DNA of 64,000 nucleotides from Eledone cirrhosa (Eukaryota): NCBI GenBank assembly GCA_964016885.1, contig OZ024741.1, positions 92,752,001 to 92,816,000 of the forward strand, read 5' to 3'. Shown piece by piece: positions 15,714 to 29,339 of this stretch (position 1 is its first letter; each line of letters starts with the position of its first letter). The notes under the pieces were generated by a model. It saw only the letters and a program-made list of their open reading frames with translations, ran no database searches and was not told where the DNA came from. The position numbers and the translations under genes were made by a program.

Positions 15714-16124
15714 GCTTGAAGACAATTCCTTTAATTTGTATCATTAACACTTTTGATAGAGACATAAATTAACAGGGTCTTCCCTTCCCTCACTCTTTTG
15801 TAAATATGTCTCACCCGATTCCTAAAGGGGGAGTTGTCAGCCCTTTTGAGGTGCTGCGTGACTGGAAGGCAAGGAGGTGCTAGGCAATGGTTGGTGAGAG
15901 AGAAAAGTGACAAAGTATCCAATATACTTATACTATAGTTATACAATAAATAAAAAAGTAATTAAAATTCAATTTTCATTGTATAATTTTTTGTCAACTT
16001 AACAGAGTGTAGGTTGGGTGATAAAATATATGCTCTAAAATAGGCAGTAATCCAAAAAGATTTGGGAAACTCTGATATAGAATACTGTACATCTACTAAG
16101 TGAAGGCGCGTGGCTTAGTGGCTT

Positions 16125-18122
16125 ATTAGTGTAACATAGTGGAGCGTAGTGTAGTGTAATGTAATGAAATGTAGTGTAGTGAAGTGTAGTGTAATGTAGT
16201 GAAGAATAGTGTAGTGTAGTCTAGTGTAGTGTACTGTAGTGAAGTGTAGTGTAGTGTAATGCAATGTAATGAGTGTACTGTAGTGAAGTGTAGTGTAGAG
16301 TACTGTAGCGAAGTGTAATGTAGTGTAGTGTAGTGTAGTGTAATGTAGTGAAGAATAGTGTGGTATAGTGTAGTGTAGTGTTCTGTACTGTACTGTAGTG
16401 AAGAAGTGTAGTGTAGTTTTCTGTACTGTACTGTAGTGAAGAATAGTGTAGTGTAGTGTAGTGAAGTGTAGCGTAGTATAGTGTAGTGTAGTGTAATGTA
16501 GTGAAGAGTAGTGTAGTGTAGTGTAATGGAGAGTAAAGTAGTGTAGTGTAGTGCAGTGTAGTGTAATGCAGTGTAGTGTAATATAGTGGAGAGTAAAGTA
16601 GTGTAGTGTAGTGTAATGTAGTGTAGTGGAGAGTAAAGTAGTGTAGTGTAATGGAGTGGAGTGGAGTGGAGTGGAGTGTAATGTAGTGAATAGTAGTGTA
16701 GTGTACTGTAGTGCAGTGTACTGTAGTGTAGTGTGGTGAAGAGTAGTGTAGTGTAGTGTAGTGCAGTGTAGTTTAGTGTAGTGTATTGAAGAGTAGTGTA
16801 GTCTAGTGAAGTGCAAAGTAGTGTTATGTAGTGAAGAGTAGTGTAGTGTAGTGTAGTGTAGTGTAGTGTAGTGTAGTGTAGTGTAGTGTAGTGTAGTGTA
16901 GTGTAGTGTAGTGTAGTGTAGTGAAGAGTAGCGTAGTGTAGTGTAATGCTGTGTAGTGCAGTGTAGTGTAATATAGTGGAGAGTAAAGTAGTTTGGTGTA
17001 GTGTAGTGTAGTGTAGTGTACTGTAGTGTATTGTAGTGAAGAGTAGTGTAGTGTAGTGCAGCGTAGTGTAGTCTAGTGTAGTGAAGAGTAGTGTAGTGTA
17101 GTGTAGTTTAGTGCAATGCTGTGTAGTGTAATGCAGTGTAGTATAATATAGTGGAGAGTAAAGTAGTGTAGTGTAGTGTAGTGTAGTGTAGTGTAGTGTA
17201 GTGTAGTGTAGTGTAGTGTAGTGAACTGTAGTGTAGTGTAGTGTACTGTAGTGTAGTGTACTGTAGTGAGAAATAGTGTAGTGAAGTGTAGTGTATTGTA
17301 GTAAAGAGTAGTGTAGTATAATGTAGTGTAGTGTAGTGTAGTGTAGTGTAGTGTAGTGTAGTGTAGTGTAGTGTAGTGTAGTGTAGTGTAGTGTAGTGTA
17401 GTGAAGAGTAATGTAGGGTAATGTAGTGTAATGTAGTGAAGAGTAGTGTACTGTACTGTAGGGAGGTGTAGTGTAGTAGAGTGTAGTGTAGTGTAGTGTA
17501 GTGTAATGTAGTGTAGTGTTGTGTAGTGTATTGAAGAGTAGTGTAGTGTAGTGAAGTGCAATGTTGTGTAATGTAGTGTAGTGTACTGAAGTGAAGTGTA
17601 GTGTAGTGTAGTGTAGTGTAGTGTAGTGTAGTGTAGTGTAGTGTAGTGTAGTGTACTGTAGTGTACTGTAGTGTAGTGTACTGTAGTGTAGTAAAGAGTA
17701 GTGTAGTGTAATGCTGTGTATTGCAGTGTAGTGTAGTGTAATGCAGTGTAGTGTAGTGTAATTTAGTGGAGAGTAAAATAGTTTGGTGTAGTGTAGTGCA
17801 GTGTAGTGTAGTGTAGTGTAGTGCTGTGGAGTGGAGTGCAGTGGATTGTAGTGCAGTGGAGTGTAGTGGAGTGGAGTGGAGTGCAGTGTAGTGTAATGTA
17901 GAGTAATGTAGTGTAGTGTAGCGCAATATTGTGCCGAGTAAAGTAGTTCGATGTAGTTTGTATAGTGCAGTATAGTGTAATGTAGAGTAGTACAGAATAA
18001 ATTAGTTTGCTGCAGTGTAGTGTTGAGAAGTGTTTGACTGTATAGTGTAGTGTAGTGCAGTGTAGTGGAGTGGAGTGCAGTGTAGTGGAGTGGAGTGTAG
18101 TGTAGTGTAGTGGAGTGTAGTA
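16125..18122. repeat. (GTGTA)n pentanucleotide satellite, about 2 kb
   Basis: Long perfect and variant GTGTA runs; source of the HYTTL pseudo-ORFs. Confidence 0.95.
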
Positions 18123-19029
18123 TGATAGAAATACGGAAACGAAAGGGTTAAATGCTTTTATCATGACGTCACTTCTCACTTTTTCCCATGAAGCCTTCAT
18201 GACATGTCGTTGGACCTCCGTCAGTTTTGACGATGTGAGTTCCAGTTATTCGGACATAGGAACAACCTACCCGTGACTAACATGAATGTAGCTGAGCATC
18301 CACAGACACGAGCACCATGAGTGCAGTTCTTAGGAGATCCAGCGTGACACAATATGTGGTTTTGAATTACAGACAACTAATTTTTGCCAATTGAATGAAC
18401 TGAAGCAACGCGAAATAAAGTGTCTTGTTCAAGGACACAACGCACCACTGAGGATCGAAGTCATTTTCTTACTATTATGAACCGAACATCCTCACCAGTA
18501 ATGCATGCATTTTCATGTTCGTCAGTCTTTGCCTTCTGCCAGGAAAGGTTGTAGAAAAAATATTTCTCCTTTCTTTATCCAGTTGTTCCATTCTTCTCTC
18601 ATGAAAGTTTTAAAGAACTTATTTATTAAAAAAAAAACATCGGGGGTTGTAAAGGACTTGTTAAACCGGGTATAACAGTGAATTGTGTCTTTAGTTCTTT
18701 AGCAATTATCGCATACAGAATTGATACTTATGTATTTAGCACCCTGGGCTAACCTGTGACTTGTGCTCCTTTCTTCCCAATGAAATAATTTCAACTTAGT
18801 TTCAGTAAGCAGATAATCGAGTTATTTACTCTTCTTGCTCTCATCACAGTTAGAAAATGACTAGTCTGCATTTCCTACTAAACAATCCACACTCATCCAC
18901 GCCAAATTATGTGAGGGGTAATATAAACCGTACGATTCTCTCCACTCTCTCTTTAAATATTTCCACAATGCTACTGCTATACGACAAAGTCATTTTGCGA
19001 TTGATCAAATCATGCTTTCGGTTCGTCAA

Positions 19030-19660
19030 AGATGCCTTCTCTCCTCCCTTCTGTATGTGCTGACTCTCGAGCCATTACTCGGAATCTGGAGCTGTTGCAG
19101 GGCATCCCGCTCGAACCGGGACGTGGAAAAGCTGTGTCAGCATATGCGGACGACGCGACTGTGATGGTGTCGAACACTTCGGAAATCGAGGTGGTCGGCA
19201 ACTTCTTAGGGAAATATGAAATGTTGGTGGGAACAAAAACCAACCCAGATTTTCCTCTCCAGATCGGCACCTAGAGAGGCAAATCCATGCACTCAACAGT
19301 ATCGTAGGACGCTGGTTGGACGGACCGGTCAAGTTGCTCAGGGTTAGGTTCGGTCCGTTATCCTCTGTCTGGTGGCTTTAGCGAAAGATATTGTGTGGTG
19401 GACGCGACTGAAAGGACTGAAGACACACTTTCCTCTTCGGCCAAGCCTTCATCGACCTTTTCAAGTTCCACCTTAAAGGGAATGTGAGGGTGGAGAGGGA
19501 AGTGCTGCTCCTTAGTATACTTATTAAAACATGGGTGAATGTAACGGAGATTGCCCGAGTGAATGGGCCTAGTCTGAGCATGCGCCTGTATGCTGGAGAG
19601 AAAGTTGATTTTGGATCTGTGGGATTCCTAAATCACCCCGGAAGGCATTCCCTCCACCTC
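19030..19660 (+). mobile_element. Internally deleted Tx1/L1-like LINE fragment
   Basis: VSAYADDATVMVS (RT). The C-terminus FKFHLKG.VRVEREVL...ARVNGPSL is shared with the copies at 57690-57960 and 59640-59900. Confidence 0.7.
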
Positions 19661-19679
19661 CTATTGGTGAGGAGAAAGG

Positions 19680-22575
19680 GAAGGATTATACATTCTTCTG
19701 GTCAGAGAAAAAAGAAGATGCAATACGGTCTTCAGGTGTTGGTTTCGCTATTAGAAATAAGATAACAAATACATTGATCTCTTTACCACAGGTGGTAAGT
19801 GATAGTTTGATGACACTGAAACTTAAACTTGCTGATGCTATCACTCTAACCTTAATCAGTTGCTATGGCCCAACCATGAACTCCGAAGGATCAGGGATTA
19901 CCAACGTTTATGAGAGATTATCTTTTATTGTCAGAACTATATGTTATCATGATAGATTTCTGATAGTAGGAGACTTCAATGCCAGAGTTGGGGAAATGTT
20001 CTTTGCTCTCATGACATTGGAAACATGAATAGCAATGGACTTTGCCTTCTCTCTTTTTACAATGAACTTGACTAAGGTCAAAAGAATGGCATTCAATTGA
20101 TTACATTTTAACAAAAAGGTGTTATCAACGTGACATTCATCATACTCGCTCATTTCAAGGCACATGTAGGTTATCTGATCACTCTCTGTTGTGTTGTAAG
20201 GAATCATTTCAACGTCAGGTAAAGCATAGAAGACACAACGCAAAATTTCTTAAACGAATAAATGTCCGGTCACTTGATGCTGAAAGAAAAGCTAGATTTT
20301 CTCAATTGCTCGACATGCAGCTTGAACGAGTTGAAATTCCAGAAAATATTGAAGAACGAAGGAAGCAACATATTCTGCTTCACTTGAAGTTCTTGGTTTG
20401 CCAAAGCATAAGTATCAAGACTTAGTTCAAAGAAAATAACGCAGAAATACAGTCACTAATTGAAAAAATGTCCGCCCCTCATAAAGTATGGATAGCCAAC
20501 AAAAGATTTTCAGCGAATAAGAAATACTTGGACTGGAAACAAACTATTCTGCGGACCCCGAGAAAAATGAAAGACAAGTTGTGGTCTTCAAAAGCAGCCG
20601 AGCTTCAAACTGATTTTGATAGAAAGTATATAAAAGCCTTCTATGAAAGCATAAATGAGATTTGTAGCCACCGACAACGTGAGTCCTTATTGGTATTAGC
20701 ATCGGATGGATCCACTTTGTTAGCAGATAAAAGTGATATTCTTAACCGCTGGAAAGAACACTTTGAATCGGTTTTAAATTCTTTATTTGTTGTTGATCAT
20801 GTTCTCACCGACTCAATTCCTTTAAAGCCAGAAATCCCTGAATTGGCCTTTGACCCAACATATACCGAAGTCAAAACAGCTATAAAACAAATTATATAGG
20901 TAAATCGCTTGGTGATGATACAATACCAGGTGAGGTGTACAAATATGGAGAAAATGTACTTGTGCATAAGCTTTGGGATTTGTTCATTTTGATTTCGAAG
21001 AATGGTCAGGTTCTTTAGGAATTTAAAGACTCATCCATCATCCACGCTTTTAAATGAAAGGGGAGAAAAGAACTGCGTGACAACCATCGGAGTATATCAC
21101 TGCTTTCTGTAGCGGGCAAGATCCTTGCTCGAGTTGTTCTCAACAGAAATATAACTCACGTGGTAGACCATGTTTATCCTGAATCCCAGTATGGCTTCAA
21201 GGCCGGGCGAGTAACCACAGACATATATTACTTGCGGCAAGTTGCAGTAAAAGTACGGGAGAATAAGCTATTTATGGTCTTTGCTGACTTAACAAAGGCT
21301 TTTGTCAATCGCGATGCTTTGTGGTCAATGCTGAAGAAGGTTTAGATTCCTAATAAGATGCTCAGCATTATAACATCCTTCCATGAAGACATACAAACTT
21401 CTGTTAAGTTAGATGGTACTTTATCAGATTCTTTCCGCGTAAAAAGTAGGACAAAGCAGGGGTGCGTAATAGGCCCTTGTTTTGTTTTCTATTTACCTTT
21501 CTCTGAAGTTAGAATATGCCTTCAAGAACTATAATGAATGTGCTTTGTTTCAATTTAGAACATCAGGTCGGCTTTTCAATCAGCAAAGATTTAAGGCGAA
21601 GACACTTACTAGAACAAAAAATGCTTTTAGACTTCTTGTTTGCAGATGATACGACTTTAGTAGTTAATTCTTTCTGGGAAGCATAAGAAATCATAAGCCG
21701 GTTTTCCTCTGCAGCAAAAGCGTTTCGCCTATATTTATATAAGCAGCCCAAACCAACACCTATTTAAAGAAGAGACACCACAGTACCTAGGCCCCAATCT
21801 TGTGGATAACAAGCCTCTAAAGTATGTGAAGTCGTTCGTATTCTCAGGAAGTAAAATGAATTCTAGCGCTTTTCTAGACGATTAAATAGTGAATAGGATC
21901 GCCAAGGCTAGTGGTGCCTTTGGAAACCTGAGAGCAAGGTTATGGAATGAGAGAGGATTGAATTATTTAAATAACAAAATCTCAGTTTGCCGTGCAGTTG
22001 TCATCTCAACATTGCTGTATGATGTATGGGTCTGAATCGTGGACACCATATAGAAAACATATTACACAGCTAGACACTTTCTACAAGAGATGTTTCAGAA
22101 ATATCCTTAGTTTCACATGGAAGGATAATGTCTCTAATGAACAGTTGTTTCATAAGTGTGATATACAAAGCATAGAGACCTTCTTAATAAGGTCTCTATG
22201 AAGATGGGTTGGCCATGTTGATAGGATGAATGATGAAAGACTGCCTAAAATCCTCACTTGTGGCTAGGTTCAAGCGGCAGTGCAAAACGTAGGAAGACCC
22301 CTTCTTAGATACAAGAATAAACTGAAAAATAATATCAAGAATATTGGAATACAACCATCAGAATTTGAGGAATGTACTGTTGACCGTATTAGGTGGAGGA
22401 AAATTTATCGAAATAGCATCATGAGCCATACCAACACAAGAATTGAGCACCTAGTTGATCTAAGGTGAAAAGAATGCAGTTTCTGTTCAACGATTTGTGT
22501 GACGAATGCGGTCTGATTTGCAAAAGCAGTGCAGGTTTAGTGTCTCACAGGAGATACAAACACTAAAGAATGGAG
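19680..22575 (+). mobile_element. Degenerate RTE-clade LINE (APE-RT-C2H2 zinc finger)
   Basis: Motifs seen: YTFFWSG, GVGFAI, GDFNARVG, HRSISLLSVAGKILARV, PESQYGF, DLTKAF, LFADD and CDECGLICKSSAGLVSHRRYKH. Numerous stops and frameshifts. Confidence 0.85.
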
Positions 22576-24298
22576 TAAAGGGAAAGTAAAATGAAGATAG
22601 TGATATTGGCTATAATATATTGTTTCTACTTTTGGCACAAGGCCAGCAATTACTCAGTACATTACTGGTACTTTATTTTATCGACCCCGTAAGGTGAAAA
22701 GCAAAGTTAACCTCGACGGGATTTGAACTCAGGCTGTAAAGGGACGTAACTATGCTGTATTTGGCTATAATATATTGTAGAAACACTGATGAATATTATT
22801 TTTTTCTACACACACAAACAAACAAGCATAAAAGAAAAAAAGTTGCTATACTTGGTGATAGAGGGCAAAATATTCCTGTGTGTTATATTGTTAGATTGAA
22901 TCACCCCCGAGAACTCCACCCGAGTCTTTGGAATGCTCAGCAACTTGCACACACACATACACACACATACACACACATACGCACACACATACACACACAT
23001 ACACACACACATACACACATACACACATACACACATACACACACACACACACATACACACACAGACACACACATACACACACACGTGCACACATTGTTCC
23101 TTTAATCACTGTTCCTTTAATCTAAAACTAGAACACCCATCGTCGGAACCGACGGAGGTCCAACAATGTGTGTGTGTATGGTGTGTGGTGTGTGTGTGTG
23201 TGTGTGTATGTGTGTGTGCGGTGCGTGTGTGTGTGTAGTGTATGGTGTGTGTGTGTGGTGTGCGGTGTGTGTGTATGTGTGTGGGTGTGGTGTGGGTGTA
23301 TGTGTATGTGGTGTGTGGTGTATGTGTGTGGTGTGTGTGTGCATTTGTGTGTGTGGTGTGATGTGTGTGTTTGTGTGTGTATGTGTGCGTGTGTTTGTGT
23401 GTATGTGTATGGTGTGTGTATGTGTATGTGTGTGTAGTGGTGTGTATGTATGTGTGTATGTGTGTCTGTGTCTGCGTATGTGTGTGTGTGTGTGTGTGTG
23501 TTTGTAGTTAGTAGTGTCAACAACAACAGCATCACGTATTTAATAAAATATTTTTAATGAAAGACGTGACAAGTTAAAAGGAGCGCTGGTGAATAAATAA
23601 GGTTTATATTTCCCTCAGGTAAATATTTTTCACGATTCACACTCCGCCATCACAGTGCAGCTGAAATAAATAGATGAAAGAAAATAAAACACAATGAAAA
23701 TATGAACAAATCAATATAGTGTTAGTTCTTCACCTCTTCCTGTACAGTCTATGTTGTTGGTCTTTCTTCTTCTTCTTCTTCTTCTTCTCTCTGTCATCTT
23801 CAGAAATGAGAAATATTAGTTTATAGACGATATATTTTTCGTGTGTGTGAGAGGGAGAGGAGGGAGAGAGTGTGTGAGAGTGAGAATGTGTGTGTGTGAG
23901 AGAGGGAAGGGGGAAGGAGTGAGAGAGGGTGTGTGCATGTGTGTAAGAGAGAGGGGGGAGTGTGTGTGTTTGAGAGAGAGAGAGGAGCGAGATAGAGAGA
24001 GAGACAGTGTGTGTGAAAGATGGAGTGTGAGAGAGAGAGAATGTGTGTGTAAGAGAGAGAGAGTGTGTGTGTGTGTGTGGGTTAAAGAGAATGTGTGCGT
24101 GTGTGTGTGAGAGAGAGTGTATGTATGTATGTGTGTGCATGAGAGAGAGAGAGAATGTGTGTGTGTGCGAGTGCGAGTGTGTGTCTCCGTATGTATGTGT
24201 CTGTATATGAATACGGTGGTATGTAATGATAGTATAAGTAACTTAAGATACATACGTCTGTATGTGTACTTATGTATATGAATACAGATTTATATAAT

Positions 24299-24461
24299 TG
24301 TTTCTACTTTAGGCACAAGCCAAATTACTGGTACTTTATTTTATCGACCCCGTAAGGATGAAAGGCAAAGTCAACCTCGGTGGGATTTGAACTCAGATCG
24401 TAAAGGGACGTAACTATGCTGGAAAGCATGGCGTCCGACCCTCTACCGATACTGCCAATCC
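24299..24461 (-). mobile_element. tRNA-derived SINE with 15-bp TSD
   Basis: ACAGATTTATATAAT occurs at 24284-24298 and 24462-24476. Another copy at about 22624-22760 has TSD TTGGCTATAATATATTGT. Confidence 0.85.
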
Positions 24462-25040
24462 ACAGATTTATATAATGAAAGTATATGTATGTTTGTATGT
24501 GTGTGCGAATGTTTGTGCGTGTGTAGGAGGTGGGGGAGTGCATGTTTTTGTGTGTGTGTGCGTGTATGTGTGTGTGTTTGTGTATGTATAAGTGTGTTCG
24601 AATATAAATGTATGTAATTATAGTACATGTAGGTGTGTATATGTGCACTTGTGTCTGTACGTGTACATTCGTGTACGCTTGTGTGCGGTTATGTATTATG
24701 TGTATGTGTGCGTAAATATAGATGTATGTAATGATAGCATATGTAGGTTTGTAAGTGTGTGCATGTTTGTATACATATATGTGTGTGTGAATATATGTAT
24801 GTATAATAATAGTACATATGGGTTTGCTCCTGCGCGTTTGTGTATGTGTGTGCTTGTGTGTGTACGTGTGTACTTGAGTATATATGTGTGTGCTAGTGTA
24901 TGTATCTGTATATGAATATAGATTAATGTTATGATAGTATGTTGGTTTGTATGTGGTGCGCGTGTTTGCGTATGAATATTGGTGTATGTAATTAAAGAAT
25001 ATTTAGGTTTGTGTGTGGGTTTATGTATGTGGGCTTGTGT

Positions 25041-25129
<89 letters not shown>

Positions 25130-25175
25130 CATCTCTGAAAACCAAATATTGTGTTACTGCTGCTTGTATTTCAGG

Positions 25176-25264
<89 letters not shown>

Positions 25265-25323
25265 GTGTATATATAAATATATATATATACACACTATATA
25301 TATATATACATATATATACACAC

Positions 25324-25403
<80 letters not shown>

Positions 25404-25492
25404 TATATATATATATATATATATTCTTTCGTATTCGCCTCATTCGGGAAACCTCTGGTAATGAGGTAATTATATTGTATTGATTTTTATAC

Positions 25493-25551
<59 letters not shown>

Positions 25552-25562
25552 GTCTATATATA

Positions 25563-25611
<49 letters not shown>

Positions 25612-25622
25612 GTCTATATATA

Positions 25623-25720
<98 letters not shown>

Positions 25721-25731
25721 TATATATAGAC

Positions 25732-25777
<46 letters not shown>

Positions 25778-25788
25778 GTCTATATATA

Positions 25789-25884
<96 letters not shown>

Positions 25885-25885
<1 letters not shown>

Positions 25886-25940
25886 TATAATATATATATA
25901 TGAGGTGATATTGTATGGACCAGAAGACATTAGTACTAGC
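25885..25940 (+). promoter_or_regulatory. Candidate core promoter of the peptide gene (TATA from a TA tract plus Inr-like TTAGT)
   Basis: TATAATATATATATA ends at about 25900. CATTAGT at 25928-25934 lies about 30 nt downstream and about 55 nt before the ATG. Confidence 0.45.
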
Positions 25941-25987
25941 TACTAAAGAAGTTCGTTATTCTTGTCTTCTGAGATAGATCTAAAATC

Positions 25988-26123
25988 ATGAAAGCAGTCT
26001 TTTTCTTCTTATGTGTGATCGTCATCGCAGAAGCTTATTACTATAGACGTGGGGGATATCGTCGCCATATGTACAAGCCTCCGCAACCCCCTGTATTGCC
26101 CCCAGTTCCGCCAGTTAACCCTA
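25988..26123 (+). CDS. Coding exon 1 of a secreted Pro-rich/beta-defensin-like peptide precursor ([45 protein letters not shown])
   Basis: ATG at 25988 in context AAAATCATGA. The signal peptide is typical: Lys, a hydrophobic core, and A-x-A at residues 14-16. The exon has 45 codons plus 1 nt, then a consensus donor A|GTGAGT at 26124 (phase 1). It is a unique-sequence island between microsatellites. Confidence 0.88.
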
Positions 26124-26191
26124 GTGAGTAGTTTTGCCTCATCAAACTGATATTTACGTATCAAACTGATATTACGTATAAATATATATAT

Positions 26192-26286
<95 letters not shown>

Positions 26287-26368
26287 TATGCATATATATA
26301 TACATATATATGCATACATATACATATACTTATATATATGTGTATATATATACACATACGTACATATA

Positions 26369-26477
<109 letters not shown>

Positions 26478-28371
26478 GTGTGTGCGTGCGTGTGTGTGTG
26501 GCTGTGTTTCGCTTCCAATACTTTGTATCCCTCCTATAAAGAAGGGGTTATTTTCTAACTAAGAAACAAAGCTCAATCACAAGAATTTAGATAACCACAC
26601 CGTAAGGCGTTACATGCTGAAGTTTAGAACAGACTTATATAATTTTATAGGTTGTATTTACAAAGTGGCTTTTAATTGGTCATTTTTTCGCTTGAAAATC
26701 CCAGCTTTTCCATATTACTATTGATGTCATCAGGGAGAAATGCAATGCATCCACTTTGAAAGACAGTGCTGTAGAACTAAGCACGAACTCATTTGTAATA
26801 TACACCTAAAGACACCGTGTTTCAAGTCATTCTGAATATCTGGAAAAAGCATCCGTTCAATCAAAGACTGTGCTACAATCTTTTTGCAATCACTGATTTT
26901 GATGAAGAACAGAAAACGAATAGGCCATTCAGCAAAAAACTGTATAGAGGCAAGATGTTTCCCTGTTGACCTTCCAAATACTATGCAGGATCGAAACGGA
27001 TGGCGTGATCGAGTCAAACAAATCCGGGTAACCTCGACCAGTTGATGACTTAGATATTTAGTAACATAGCCAATTGCACCAATAATTATTTATACAAATG
27101 TAAATGTATAATATAGATAGAGAAACTATGTTTTGAAGCAGTTGTCCACAAGTAGTTTATGTCTTGTTAAAGTAATGTTCACATCTGCGAGCCAGTTATC
27201 TTTTATAACATTACACAGCTTTTCGTTTGTCTCAAACAACTATATCAGTTGTTTTTATCGAAAATTCTATGCGAATCTTCCACCAATATTCTTTGTATTG
27301 AAACGTATCTCTTACAAATTATATATTACTTTAGCAACAACAATATACCACATCAGGAGATCGTACTTTGATGAAATTTTGGCACAGCAGCTAATCACAT
27401 ATGTAATATATCTTTCACAAATATGTAACATAGTTGACATTCTCACTTGCATGTGGTGGCGTTTAAGCACTTCGCTGTCTCTTTTGTTGAGCAAATATAT
27501 TGTAGCTATCTTACTTTTTATGACTGAAAATTATAACTTTCAAAATGTGATGTGATGTGTCATAGAGAAGCTACACTTCCTGACTATAATAGTATTATTC
27601 TCAAGTCTACAGGAAATTTACCCATGCATAACCATTTTTGTGTGTCCAGATTGTGTATGAATGGATATATGGTTGGATTGAAAATATTTATGCACAATAA
27701 TGTCATTCCACAGTCGCAAACAATCAAACGTGTACAGATGTATCAGTCATGTTTGCTCTAGACCTTATAAATCATTAGCTGCTCTTTATAGTTATCTCAA
27801 CAAATAGAGGCAGGACAATAAACAGAGTTTGACTGAACAGTGAATAATGAGACGGTTATCATCTGACAAAATGGAGTAATCATCATATATGTATGCAAAG
27901 GTTTAATGTTTAATCAGGGTAAGGAAGGACAATGTCCATGACATTTTTCAGGGGATCCGAGAATGATGTGAGAAAAAGAAGTAATCCTGAAACCGGAGCC
28001 CTGGCCCAAATGATAAACACTCAGATGTTCGATTAACTAAATGTCCAACTCATGAATTAACGAGCAGGAGGTTGAGTATTGCACAGACACATATACAGCG
28101 TAACACAATATATGATAAGGATGGACCTTTGAATTGCAGACAGTCCGTGCAACGAGCTTCCATACAATTCTCGTCTACCCAATTTCACTCACAAGGTTTT
28201 GGTCAACTCGAGGCTATTGTAAAAACACTTGCACCAGATGGTAGTCAGTGGAATCAAACCATGGATTTCATAATTTGGAAGCGAACTTCTTTACCACAAA
28301 GCCATGCCTGCCTCTTGCTATATTTGATTAACAGAAACCCAAATGATACGTTTTTTTCTTCTTCTATACAG

Positions 28372-28502
28372 CTCCAAAGTGTACAGGCAATGTGAGTGGT
28401 AAACTTCTTTTCTGTACCACGAACTGTCCTAATCCGGGCTTTGTTCCTGTAATCGGAGTTCCCGGATGTGCTGCTGGCTTAACTTGCTGTACGCAAATAT
28501 AA
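28372..28502 (+). CDS. Coding exon 2: 6-Cys beta-defensin-like domain (TPKCTGNVSGKLLFCTTNCPNPGFVPVIGVPGCAAGLTCCTQI*)
   Basis: A polypyrimidine tract and acceptor (TTTTTTTCTTCTTCTATACAG) end at 28371. The phase matches exon 1 (A+CT=Thr). Cys spacing is C-x10-C-x3-C-x13-C-x5-CC. TAA lies at 28500-28502 and a donor GTAAGT at 28510. Total CDS is 267 nt (88 aa plus stop). Confidence 0.88.
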
Positions 28503-29040
28503 AGATGATGTAAGTAAAATATAATTGTTTCTATTATTGGTGTTCTATTTTATCGACCCCGTAAGGGTGAAAGAGTGACAGCGTGACAGAGTGTGTGGGA
28601 AAACTGGCCATTTGTATTACAAGTACAACACATCTTTTCTTTTACTTGATGAGTGGACTGGAGCTACGCGAAAGTGTCTTGCTCAAAGACACAATACGCC
28701 GCGGAGAATCGAGCTCACTACGTTAGGATCGTGAGCCGAACACCCTAACCACTGGGCCACACACCTTCACAACAAGTCAGTGTATAAAGTGGGAAGTGGT
28801 TGATCCGAGTTGATAAAAAATATTTTAATAACCTTTAAATGTTTCAAGATGAATTTATTTAAACTTTTCTCGACCTTTTCAAAAGACATTTAAATAATTT
28901 TGGAGTTAAACTTGCTTGGCATGTGACTTGATCTGTGACTGTGTTGAAACTGAAACATTTATAGCAGAGGCATGATAGCTGTTTAAGAACACGAATAGAC
29001 CTTTATATTAACTTGATAGCAATGTATACTATGTTGCTTC

Positions 29041-29206
29041 CAGGGCCTCCAAGAGAAATTTTGCAAGACGGTACAAATCCTTTTGGAACCCGAAACAGGC
29101 AAAGATTTTTCTCAAAATGGATGTTGCATGGTTGCTGTGGGGCCTTCTTAGCTCTTAGGCCCCGGAACAAATTACCGGGTGGACCCCCCCCCTCTTATAG
29201 GCCTTG
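29041..29206. mobile_element. Possible hAT-type MITE in intron 2
   Basis: Termini CAGGGCCT...AGGCCTTG. The 8-bp flanks match only partly (GTTGCTTC / ACTCCTTC). Confidence 0.45.
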
Positions 29207-29339
29207 ACTCCTTCAAAATATTTCTTCGAACATCTACAACCCGTTCACTGACACTCTAACCCAGGCGTGGCTAAGTGGTTAAGAAGTTCTCGTCGCAATC
29301 GTAAGTTCCATAGTCTTTGCATAGTGTTACTTCGCCTAA

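Noticed and set aside
16115-18200. Long HYTTL-repeat ORFs (up to 272 aa)
   Set aside because: Translation of the (TACAC)n satellite, which lacks stops on that strand.
26009-26305. Minus-strand ORF overlapping peptide exon 1, and ORF 28072-28395 overlapping exon 2
   Set aside because: They start in microsatellite or SINE sequence. The spliced plus-strand frame explains the signal peptide, splice sites and Cys pattern far better.
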